Assembly (NCBI GenBank): GCA_009777575.1
Contig: WRLO01000002.1
Location: 28,386 to 92,385, forward strand
Direction of reading: 5' to 3'
Origin: Candidatus Cloacimonadota bacterium
GTDB taxonomy: Bacteria; Cloacimonadota; Cloacimonadia; Cloacimonadales; WRIO01
Length of the DNA: 64,000 bases
Made by a program: the position numbers and the translations under genes. The first letter of the stretch is position 1, and each line of letters begins with the position of its first letter. Positions 19,245 through 28,427 of this stretch are shown piece after piece. The notes beneath the pieces are model-generated. The model did no database searches. It had not been told where the DNA came from and was given only the letters and a program-made list of their open reading frames with translations.

Positions 19245-21541
19245 TTCTCCTCCAAATTTGAGTCAACTCTGAAACTCATTTTTTTAACCTTATGGTATAT
19301 TTTTTATTTTATATTTTTTGTCAACAATTTTTTTTTCTTAATTTTCAAATATTTTCTAATAATTTAAATAAAATTATTTCAACAATACCATCCTTCTCAC
19401 AGTAGTAAAATCTCCAGTCCTCATCACATAAAAATACAACCCGCTTCCGACATCGCGACCATATTCATCCTCTCCATTCCACAATACTTGATGAAATCCA
19501 GCTTTCATGCTCTCATTCAACAGATTCCTAACTCTTTGTCCACGAATATTGTATATATCAATCGAAACTATTGAATCTATGGCGACATTAAACCTAATCA
19601 TAGTCTCAGGATTGAAAGGATTAGGAAAATTGCCTACCAATTCTGTCATCAAGGGTACCTCAATATCTTCAAACTCTGATGCATAAACTTCTATTTTTAC
19701 TGAAACATGCTCTGATTCACCACCGTTGTAAACAGCACTTACACTATAGACATATTCCCCAACAGGCAAATCATGTTCTATGAACGATGTTTCTGAAGTG
19801 CTTAGCTCTGTCAATGGCATTTCATCTCGATAGATGTAATATCCTATTGGATAACTATCTGGTGCCATCCAATTTAATGTAACAGAGTAATTATCTACAC
19901 TACCAACAAGATCTGTCGGAGGAAGAATATCCTCTAAGAGTATCATTTTCACAGTATTCGAGGGTTCAGACTCCCCTTCAGGATTTTCATACAAAGCTGT
20001 GATAACATAATTATATTCGACATAGTATTCTACATCCTCATCTAAATAAAAAAGGGTTTCTAATGGTAATAAATCAGATAAAACCTCACCTTCCCTATAA
20101 ACTATATATCCTAAAATATCTCCAAAATTTGCTTTTTGAGGTGCTTTCCATGTCAGAAATATATCATTACCCACAATTGATGCATCTAAATCCTTGGGTG
20201 AATAAAATGCTGGGATATAGATATTAATAATATCTGCTCCTAAATCTCCGCTTTCATAGACTGCAAAAAGAAAATATGTATACTTCGTATCAACATCGGC
20301 ACTAACATCAGTAAAAGATAAATCTGAAGTTTCTGTCAATAATATACCGTTGCGATACAGTTTGAAACCTATAAAATTTGATTTTATCTGAGAGCTATGA
20401 AATGAATTATAACTCAAATTCCAAGTGAGTTTGATATTATTGTCTATTATTTCTGCAATTAGATTCATCGTTGGCAAAGAAATGTTTTTTGTTTCTCGAA
20501 AAAAAGGATACCCGTCATTGATTTCGGGGTGTATATACCATACATGTTCAAAGTCCCAACCATTTTCTATATACATAGTGACTCGTCTCATTTCTTGTGT
20601 AGTTTTTCCAAAATTATTTTCTATTGTATGTTCAGAGCCTTGTATCTCATTGAAAGGATTTAAAATTCCCGTAGATTCTATATTCCAAAAATTGTTTGAG
20701 ACCGTAGAAGAAGGTTCAATGGTTATTTTTCCTATTAATCCACCTACATTATTCATTTCTAAATTACTCGAGACATAAGAATAGGAAACTACCGAGTTCT
20801 GCATACTACCAACCAATCCGCCATATTCAATAGCTTCAGAATCAGAAACGATATTTCCCAAAAAAAAGGAATTCGTTATTGACGAACTTACAATACCAGC
20901 CGCTATCCCCCCTACAGTCGAGGGATAAGTGGGAAGAAATTCATTATTAACAAAAATGTTTCCACTTACAAAACAATTAATTATGGATGAACTACCCGCT
21001 GATGCAACTAAACCTCCAAAAAAATGTGAGTCGAGTCCAGAAATTATAGCATTGATATCTTGTAAATATACATTTTTTACAGTAGATTCGTATATAAGAC
21101 CAAAAAGTGTTGAATTTAAAACCATAGAAGGTATTTCATCTTCATTATATTGATTTACATAGAGATTGTTAATAGAAAAATGATTACCATCATACTCTCC
21201 TATGAATAATCTTAAAGTAGGGCTTGAGCGGCCTATTGGCACAAATCCAATTCCACCATGCCAAACTTTTGTTTCAGATGCATCAATATCAGCAGTTTGA
21301 AGAAAATAGTTCTTTCCTAAAACAATTAACTCTCCAGTAATCAGATCAAATGTGAAGTCTCCCCAAACAGAACGAGTCTCCGACAACCACCTCAAATTTG
21401 CCAGATTTGCTATTAAAAAAGGATTTTCTTCTGACCCTGCATTTTCTTCATGAAAATTTGAGGGTGGTTCGGCAAGGGTTTCGGTGTGTAAGGAAAACAA
21501 TCCCACATAAAAGACCATTGCGATTACAAACACAAAAAAAA
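18809..21541. repeat. About 2.7-kb direct repeat, copy 1 (copy 2 at 23662-26394)
   Basis: Constant offset of 4853 for the gene starts, the B/B' stop and the shadow ORFs; identical wherever compared; first mismatches at 18808 and 21542. Confidence 0.9.
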
Positions 21542-21563
21542 AATTTTTTCTGTCTATTCTCAT
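19374..21563 (-). CDS. Secreted GLUG-repeat/FN3 protein with C-terminal sorting domain (cassette B)
   Basis: Same architecture; differs from 24227-26416 only at residue 8 (F vs I). Confidence 0.87.
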   Translation of the reverse strand: MRIDRKNFFFVFVIAMVFYVGLFSLHTETLAEPPSNFHEENAGSEENPFLIANLANLRWLSETRSVWGDFTFDLITGELIVLGKNYFLQTADIDASETKVWHGGIGFVPIGRSSPTLRLFIGEYDGNHFSINNLYVNQYNEDEIPSMVLNSTLFGLIYESTVKNVYLQDINAIISGLDSHFFGGLVASAGSSSIINCFVSGNIFVNNEFLPTYPSTVGGIAAGIVSSSITNSFFLGNIVSDSEAIEYGGLVGSMQNSVVSYSYVSSNLEMNNVGGLIGKITIEPSSTVSNNFWNIESTGILNPFNEIQGSEHTIENNFGKTTQEMRRVTMYIENGWDFEHVWYIHPEINDGYPFFRETKNISLPTMNLIAEIIDNNIKLTWNLSYNSFHSSQIKSNFIGFKLYRNGILLTETSDLSFTDVSADVDTKYTYFLFAVYESGDLGADIINIYIPAFYSPKDLDASIVGNDIFLTWKAPQKANFGDILGYIVYREGEVLSDLLPLETLFYLDEDVEYYVEYNYVITALYENPEGESEPSNTVKMILLEDILPPTDLVGSVDNYSVTLNWMAPDSYPIGYYIYRDEMPLTELSTSETSFIEHDLPVGEYVYSVSAVYNGGESEHVSVKIEVYASEFEDIEVPLMTELVGNFPNPFNPETMIRFNVAIDSIVSIDIYNIRGQRVRNLLNESMKAGFHQVLWNGEDEYGRDVGSGLYFYVMRTGDFTTVRRMVLLK

Positions 21564-21697
21564 TTCTCCTCCAAATTTGAGTCAACTCTGAAACTCATTT
21601 TTTCACCTTATGGTATATTTTTTTATTTTTTCTTTTTTTGTCGACAAATATTTTATTTTTATTTTTCAGATATTTTTTTGAATAATTTTAAATAAGA

Positions 21698-24097
21698 TTA
21701 TTTCAACAATACCATCCTTCTCACGGTAGTAAAATCTCCAGCTCTCATCACATAAAAATACATCCCACTTCCGACATCGCGACCATACTCATCCTCTCCA
21801 TTCCACAATACTTGATGAAATCCAGCTTTCATACTCTCATTCAACAGATTCCTAACTCTTTGTCCACGAATATTGTATATATCAATCGAAACTATAGATT
21901 CTACAGCGATATTAAACTTAATCATAGTCTCAGGATTGAAAGGATTAGGAAAATTGCCTACCAATTCTGTCATCAAGGGTACCTCAATATCTTCAAACTC
22001 TGACGCATAAACTTCTATTTCAACAGAAACATACTCAGATTCACCACCGTTGTAAACAGCACTTACACTATAGACATATTCCCCAACAGGCACATAAGAT
22101 TGTATATATCTATAATTTGACAATCCTGATGCTTGGCAAAAGAAAAGAAAATCTTCATCACGATAGATATTATATCCTTTCAGGCTTTCTACTTCAGAGA
22201 CATTTCTTTTAACTGAATTGTTTATTCTCCTTGAGGTTCTATTTTCACCATCATGATTTTCACTATAAGGTGGTTTCCAGTTTATTATCACTGTATTCCC
22301 ATTGACATTACTAACACTACCTTCCAATTCTGTAGGTGGTAACATCATAAAATCCAAAACTATATTCACAATATTTGTAGGCTCAGATACACCATCTATC
22401 TCGCCACCCCATACTGCTGTGATATAATATTCATGTTCATCACCGTTTTTTAAACCTTTATCTATGTATTCAATTTGCCTCGCTTTGTAAGGCGGGGATA
22501 ATACCTCATCTATCAATACTCCATCCCTATAAATATTATACCTTAATACTTCACCATATTTTTGCACATCTGAAGATTCCCAAGATAAAGTTACCTCTCC
22601 ATCACCTGCCCAAGCTACTAAATTTTTTGGTGGACTATAAACAACCGTGATGATAGACAAATCAGTCGCTCCAAAATCTCCATCCTCATAAAGAGCTATC
22701 AAGAAATAATTGTATTTCTCATCCAACTCTATGTCTGTATCTATATAAGATAATTCGGTTGTTTCTACTAAAAATACATCATTTCGATATATTCTGTAAT
22801 TGATGGAGGATTTGTATAATTGTCCAAAGTTTTGATGGAAACCATTATCCATTTCATTGCCAGGCTCCTCCCATGTCAAAACTATGTCACCATCCACTAT
22901 CTCTGCATTAAAATTCCCTGGCGTTTTTCTCGCATCTATCATACTTCTCAGATACGGATACCCATTGTTTATAAAAGGTTTCATAAACCATATATTCTCA
23001 AAATCCCAACCATTATCAATATAGGTCGTAGCTTGTTTCATCTCTGCTGTTGTTTTTCCATAATTACCACTCACAGTGCCTTGCCCTGTCTCTACATTAA
23101 ATAGTTGTGTTATACCAGTAGTCTCCTCATCCCAAAGATTATTTGTGATGATAGATGGAAATCCTGTTGGGTTAGGGTGTGAAATCCATCCAATAAAGCT
23201 ATTAATGTTTATAAATGAATCTTCTGAAACTACATAACAATTACGGATCCTTGATTCGCTGGCTCTTCCTACAAGACCACCATATCCATCGCTTTCAATT
23301 GAGCTGTTAATGAAACCATTAAAATATGAATTTTCAATTGTAGAATTATATAAATAACCTACAAGCCCACCTATTCTAATACTATGACTTGTAGCATCAA
23401 TAATAAATAAAGATGAATAACTATTTCTTATCGTTGTATGTGATGCATCTCCAGCTAAACCTCCTGTTAATCTTGAGGATGCTTCTATAACCATTTGCCC
23501 AGTAACAGAGACATTTTCAATTAATCCACCTTGAATTATTCCCGCTAAAGGTCCGACTTGATTATAATGCAAATCTTCATTAGGTAATATATTTACATTT
23601 TCCAGTCTTAGATTTTTAATAGTGCCATTTTGTATTACACCAAACATGCCAGGGACTGGGGCACAATAAATTACAATATTGTGTGGACAGTTAATAAATA
23701 AATTTTTTATAGAATACCCATTTCCATCATAAACTCCCATGAAACCCTTATCATTACCTGCAGAACCAGTCAGATTTCTTACTCCTATAGGTCTAAAACC
23801 ACAACCATCTTCCCAATAGATAGTCTCTGTAGCATCAATATCTGCAGTTTGCAAAAAATGATACCATAAAAAATTACTACCTGATACCCATTCACACCAC
23901 ACATCAGGCGTCTCCGACAACCATCTCAGATTCGCCAGATTCGCTATTAAAAAAGGATTTTCTTCTGACCCTGCGTTATCATCATGAAAATTTGAGGGTG
24001 GTTCGGCAAGGGTTTCGGTGTGTAAAGAAAACAAACTAACACAAAAAAACATTGCGATTACTAACACAAAAAAAACATTTTTTCTGTCTATTCTCAT
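21698..24097 (-). CDS. Secreted GLUG-repeat/FN3 protein with C-terminal sorting domain (cassette A')
   Basis: First 145 aa identical to cassette A, then a divergent GLUG core. Confidence 0.87.
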   Translation of the reverse strand: MRIDRKNVFFVLVIAMFFCVSLFSLHTETLAEPPSNFHDDNAGSEENPFLIANLANLRWLSETPDVWCEWVSGSNFLWYHFLQTADIDATETIYWEDGCGFRPIGVRNLTGSAGNDKGFMGVYDGNGYSIKNLFINCPHNIVIYCAPVPGMFGVIQNGTIKNLRLENVNILPNEDLHYNQVGPLAGIIQGGLIENVSVTGQMVIEASSRLTGGLAGDASHTTIRNSYSSLFIIDATSHSIRIGGLVGYLYNSTIENSYFNGFINSSIESDGYGGLVGRASESRIRNCYVVSEDSFININSFIGWISHPNPTGFPSIITNNLWDEETTGITQLFNVETGQGTVSGNYGKTTAEMKQATTYIDNGWDFENIWFMKPFINNGYPYLRSMIDARKTPGNFNAEIVDGDIVLTWEEPGNEMDNGFHQNFGQLYKSSINYRIYRNDVFLVETTELSYIDTDIELDEKYNYFLIALYEDGDFGATDLSIITVVYSPPKNLVAWAGDGEVTLSWESSDVQKYGEVLRYNIYRDGVLIDEVLSPPYKARQIEYIDKGLKNGDEHEYYITAVWGGEIDGVSEPTNIVNIVLDFMMLPPTELEGSVSNVNGNTVIINWKPPYSENHDGENRTSRRINNSVKRNVSEVESLKGYNIYRDEDFLFFCQASGLSNYRYIQSYVPVGEYVYSVSAVYNGGESEYVSVEIEVYASEFEDIEVPLMTELVGNFPNPFNPETMIKFNIAVESIVSIDIYNIRGQRVRNLLNESMKAGFHQVLWNGEDEYGRDVGSGMYFYVMRAGDFTTVRRMVLLK

Positions 24098-26394
24098 TTC
24101 TCCTCCAAATTTGAGTCAACTCTGAAACTCATTTTTTTAACCTTATGGTATATTTTTTATTTTATATTTTTTGTCAACAATTTTTTTTTCTTAATTTTCA
24201 AATATTTTCTAATAATTTAAATAAAATTATTTCAACAATACCATCCTTCTCACAGTAGTAAAATCTCCAGTCCTCATCACATAAAAATACAACCCGCTTC
24301 CGACATCGCGACCATATTCATCCTCTCCATTCCACAATACTTGATGAAATCCAGCTTTCATGCTCTCATTCAACAGATTCCTAACTCTTTGTCCACGAAT
24401 ATTGTATATATCAATCGAAACTATTGAATCTATGGCGACATTAAACCTAATCATAGTCTCAGGATTGAAAGGATTAGGAAAATTGCCTACCAATTCTGTC
24501 ATCAAGGGTACCTCAATATCTTCAAACTCTGATGCATAAACTTCTATTTTTACTGAAACATGCTCTGATTCACCACCGTTGTAAACAGCACTTACACTAT
24601 AGACATATTCCCCAACAGGCAAATCATGTTCTATGAACGATGTTTCTGAAGTGCTTAGCTCTGTCAATGGCATTTCATCTCGATAGATGTAATATCCTAT
24701 TGGATAACTATCTGGTGCCATCCAATTTAATGTAACAGAGTAATTATCTACACTACCAACAAGATCTGTCGGAGGAAGAATATCCTCTAAGAGTATCATT
24801 TTCACAGTATTCGAGGGTTCAGACTCCCCTTCAGGATTTTCATACAAAGCTGTGATAACATAATTATATTCGACATAGTATTCTACATCCTCATCTAAAT
24901 AAAAAAGGGTTTCTAATGGTAATAAATCAGATAAAACCTCACCTTCCCTATAAACTATATATCCTAAAATATCTCCAAAATTTGCTTTTTGAGGTGCTTT
25001 CCATGTCAGAAATATATCATTACCCACAATTGATGCATCTAAATCCTTGGGTGAATAAAATGCTGGGATATAGATATTAATAATATCTGCTCCTAAATCT
25101 CCGCTTTCATAGACTGCAAAAAGAAAATATGTATACTTCGTATCAACATCGGCACTAACATCAGTAAAAGATAAATCTGAAGTTTCTGTCAATAATATAC
25201 CGTTGCGATACAGTTTGAAACCTATAAAATTTGATTTTATCTGAGAGCTATGAAATGAATTATAACTCAAATTCCAAGTGAGTTTGATATTATTGTCTAT
25301 TATTTCTGCAATTAGATTCATCGTTGGCAAAGAAATGTTTTTTGTTTCTCGAAAAAAAGGATACCCGTCATTGATTTCGGGGTGTATATACCATACATGT
25401 TCAAAGTCCCAACCATTTTCTATATACATAGTGACTCGTCTCATTTCTTGTGTAGTTTTTCCAAAATTATTTTCTATTGTATGTTCAGAGCCTTGTATCT
25501 CATTGAAAGGATTTAAAATTCCCGTAGATTCTATATTCCAAAAATTGTTTGAGACCGTAGAAGAAGGTTCAATGGTTATTTTTCCTATTAATCCACCTAC
25601 ATTATTCATTTCTAAATTACTCGAGACATAAGAATAGGAAACTACCGAGTTCTGCATACTACCAACCAATCCGCCATATTCAATAGCTTCAGAATCAGAA
25701 ACGATATTTCCCAAAAAAAAGGAATTCGTTATTGACGAACTTACAATACCAGCCGCTATCCCCCCTACAGTCGAGGGATAAGTGGGAAGAAATTCATTAT
25801 TAACAAAAATGTTTCCACTTACAAAACAATTAATTATGGATGAACTACCCGCTGATGCAACTAAACCTCCAAAAAAATGTGAGTCGAGTCCAGAAATTAT
25901 AGCATTGATATCTTGTAAATATACATTTTTTACAGTAGATTCGTATATAAGACCAAAAAGTGTTGAATTTAAAACCATAGAAGGTATTTCATCTTCATTA
26001 TATTGATTTACATAGAGATTGTTAATAGAAAAATGATTACCATCATACTCTCCTATGAATAATCTTAAAGTAGGGCTTGAGCGGCCTATTGGCACAAATC
26101 CAATTCCACCATGCCAAACTTTTGTTTCAGATGCATCAATATCAGCAGTTTGAAGAAAATAGTTCTTTCCTAAAACAATTAACTCTCCAGTAATCAGATC
26201 AAATGTGAAGTCTCCCCAAACAGAACGAGTCTCCGACAACCACCTCAAATTTGCCAGATTTGCTATTAAAAAAGGATTTTCTTCTGACCCTGCATTTTCT
26301 TCATGAAAATTTGAGGGTGGTTCGGCAAGGGTTTCGGTGTGTAAGGAAAACAATCCCACATAAAAGACCATTGCGATTACAAACACAAAAAAAA
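23662..26394. repeat. About 2.7-kb direct repeat, copy 2
   Basis: Matches 18809-21541. Confidence 0.9.
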
Positions 26395-26416
26395 TATTTT
26401 TTCTGTCTATTCTCAT
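24227..26416 (-). CDS. Secreted GLUG-repeat/FN3 protein with C-terminal sorting domain (cassette B')
   Basis: Near-exact copy of cassette B at offset 4853. Confidence 0.87.
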   Translation of the reverse strand: MRIDRKNIFFVFVIAMVFYVGLFSLHTETLAEPPSNFHEENAGSEENPFLIANLANLRWLSETRSVWGDFTFDLITGELIVLGKNYFLQTADIDASETKVWHGGIGFVPIGRSSPTLRLFIGEYDGNHFSINNLYVNQYNEDEIPSMVLNSTLFGLIYESTVKNVYLQDINAIISGLDSHFFGGLVASAGSSSIINCFVSGNIFVNNEFLPTYPSTVGGIAAGIVSSSITNSFFLGNIVSDSEAIEYGGLVGSMQNSVVSYSYVSSNLEMNNVGGLIGKITIEPSSTVSNNFWNIESTGILNPFNEIQGSEHTIENNFGKTTQEMRRVTMYIENGWDFEHVWYIHPEINDGYPFFRETKNISLPTMNLIAEIIDNNIKLTWNLSYNSFHSSQIKSNFIGFKLYRNGILLTETSDLSFTDVSADVDTKYTYFLFAVYESGDLGADIINIYIPAFYSPKDLDASIVGNDIFLTWKAPQKANFGDILGYIVYREGEVLSDLLPLETLFYLDEDVEYYVEYNYVITALYENPEGESEPSNTVKMILLEDILPPTDLVGSVDNYSVTLNWMAPDSYPIGYYIYRDEMPLTELSTSETSFIEHDLPVGEYVYSVSAVYNGGESEHVSVKIEVYASEFEDIEVPLMTELVGNFPNPFNPETMIRFNVAIDSIVSIDIYNIRGQRVRNLLNESMKAGFHQVLWNGEDEYGRDVGSGLYFYVMRTGDFTTVRRMVLLK

Positions 26417-26765
26417 TTCTCCTCCAAATTTGAGTCAACTCTGAAACTCATTTTTTCACCTTATGGTATATTTTTTTATTTTTACTTTTTTTGTCAACAA
26501 TTATTTTATTTTTTATTTTTCAAATATTTTTGGATAATTTTTATAGCTTATTGCATAAGCCTAATCTCATTGTGTCTTGAGAATTATACGAAAACAACTC
26601 CTATCATCGCTAAAATTGTACCGTTAATTTGAGATATATCAGAGATGGTATCAATGATATACTCCGTAGGAGTCGTGGTTTGGTAGAAAAAGTGACGCCC
26701 CCCACCAACCATCTTTATTCCGTTAGGATCCGTCTCCGAAAAATATATTTTCACAAAATCATACT

Positions 26766-26903
26766 TTACATACCCCGAAGGGGTCGGTTCAAGAGCTATT
26801 CGGGGTGGGAGATGTAGTGGTAATCGTTTTCTCATGAGGTAATTCTGCGAGCTATTCGGTATAACCTCATATCTCTTGAACCGATCACCTTCGGGATGTG
26901 TAA
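26766..26903. mobile_element. 138-bp MITE-like or structured element with about 30-bp imperfect terminal inverted repeats
   Basis: Arms 26766-26795 and 26873-26903 match at 27 of 31 aligned positions; internal hairpin ATGAGGT/ACCTCAT; ACCCC-GAA-GGGGT hairpin within the left arm. Confidence 0.5.
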
Positions 26904-26960
26904 GGAATATCAATAGTTAAGAATCGACTTTTCGGCGAGGACTCATTGACGACGGCAGTC

Positions 26961-27098
26961 TGAGACCCCATATTTGTAGTGGCGTATTGCTTACGCCTTA
27001 TTTTCGATGAGACCCCATATTTGTAGTGGCGTATTGCTTACGCCTTATTTTCGATGAGAATACAAGCGTTATAGAAGGCGTAAGCAATACGCCACTAC
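26961..27098. repeat. GTAG-tagged REP cluster, family 3 (two tandem 47-bp units plus an inverted copy; REPIN/BIME-like)
   Basis: GTAG-T-GGCGTA-TTGCT-TACGCC at 26976-26997 and 27023-27044; reverse copy at 27077-27098. Confidence 0.85.
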
Positions 27099-27119
27099 GA
27101 TTTTAGATGAGGATTAGTA

Positions 27120-28358
27120 TTATTCTGCTCTAAAAATAAAACTTTGATGATTTCTTGAGTTATAAATTCTTTGATTTGCTTGTGCATCTGTTTGAGTTGA
27201 GTATGGTCCTTGCACAACAGCGTGTAATCTCCTTGCTCCTACCGGTTTAGTAATTTGAAAAGTTTGAATACCGTCTCTGTTTAGGGTGGCTACAAAATTT
27301 CTTGCTGCTACTTCTGTGCTGAAAACTCCAAATTGAATATAAAAACTATCTCTGACAAGATCTTCATATCTATTTTCAACCACATTTCCGAAACCTGTTT
27401 GAATTGGTGGTGTGATGGGATTGGGTGGTGGGTTTACGGGAGGTGGTTGAACTATAGGTTGTCCCCTCACATTTCCTCTCAAAGCGAATAACCTGTCTTC
27501 GGCTTGCACTCTATATTGAGATTGGGGAAACTCATTTACAATTTGACTGTATATTGTTCTAGCTCTTGCAACATTTGTCCTTTCCAACAGCATTCCGTTC
27601 AAAAAAAGTAAATAAGCCTTATATTCCTCAAAGTTTGAATGATTTGAAAAAGTTCGATAATTTCTTTCAAACCCGGACAAATCACCTTGATGAGAGTTTG
27701 TTTCCAAAATCATTATCCAAACAAAAGGTATCAGTTGATGATTGGGAAACTGTCTTATAAAACTTTGTCCTAAAGATAAGACAGTATTATGGATTTGGAG
27801 CATCTGATTTATTTTAATCCTCCAATACAGAGCTTCAGGGAGATTATCATTATTTATCTGATTCAATTTTATAAGTGCATTATCGTGATCATGATTGATA
27901 AAATCAATTGAAACAAGCTGTATTCCAGACATTTGTCCATAATGTTCGTTGTTAAAAGTGCTAAAATTGTTAGTGTGTATTGACATAACCTCTTCAATAT
28001 TCTTATGTAATAAAGCACGATAATAATTTTTTGCCGCTTTTAAGCTGTCTGAATCTAAAGAGTCAATAACCAAAAGTGGGTCATTGTAAACTAAAGTATT
28101 TTCTTGAAAAGAATTTTGAATCCTTTCTATAACAGACTGTTGATTTGATGATAAAGGATTTGAGCCTTGTTGAGCGTTGAGAGAGCTGAAAAAAAGTAAA
28201 TGAAAAATGAAAATATAAGTCAAATATTTCAATTTTGTCTTATTTAACTTGTTTTTCTCTCTAAAAATTTTATGAATTAATCCATTTGACGATTGGAAAT
28301 CGTCTCTACGATTTGACGATTGGAAATCGTCTCTACGATAGATACCATTATTTTTCAT
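27120..28358 (-). CDS. Exported TPR-like plus SPOR (peptidoglycan-binding) domain protein
   Basis: Signal peptide; ALYWR..YLLFLNG..QIVNEFPQS TPR-like helices; Pro-rich linker; FYIQFGVFS..GPYSTQTDA SPOR motif; start overlaps the upstream stop (ATGA). Confidence 0.8.
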   Translation of the reverse strand: MKNNGIYRRDDFQSSNRRDDFQSSNGLIHKIFREKNKLNKTKLKYLTYIFIFHLLFFSSLNAQQGSNPLSSNQQSVIERIQNSFQENTLVYNDPLLVIDSLDSDSLKAAKNYYRALLHKNIEEVMSIHTNNFSTFNNEHYGQMSGIQLVSIDFINHDHDNALIKLNQINNDNLPEALYWRIKINQMLQIHNTVLSLGQSFIRQFPNHQLIPFVWIMILETNSHQGDLSGFERNYRTFSNHSNFEEYKAYLLFLNGMLLERTNVARARTIYSQIVNEFPQSQYRVQAEDRLFALRGNVRGQPIVQPPPVNPPPNPITPPIQTGFGNVVENRYEDLVRDSFYIQFGVFSTEVAARNFVATLNRDGIQTFQITKPVGARRLHAVVQGPYSTQTDAQANQRIYNSRNHQSFIFRAE

Positions 28359-28427
28359 ATTTTTAATCTCAAAATCCCGTACTCAGGCAGTTGTTTATTT
28401 ATTTGACGATTGGAAATCGTCTCTACG
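28284..28427 (-). repeat. GTAG-tagged REP family 1: two tandem 27-bp copies (28284-28337) and one copy at 28401-28427, all within CDSs
   Basis: GTAG-A-GACGATT-TCC-AATCGTC; translated as RRDDFQSSN twice in the SPOR gene and as VETISNRQ in the U32 gene. Confidence 0.9.

Noticed and set aside
16857-24097. Diversity-generating retroelement explaining the A vs A' variation
   Set aside because: No reverse transcriptase or template repeat in the window; the differences include indels and are not restricted to adenines.
14653-26535. Integron cassette array
   Set aside because: No integrase seen, and the intergenic units lack attC-type RYYYAAC/GTTRRRY boxes; they look like promoter leaders.
26584-26913. 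109-aa minus-strand ORF from the track
   Set aside because: No recognisable motif or RBS; it runs through the inverted-repeat element and is probably a chance frame.
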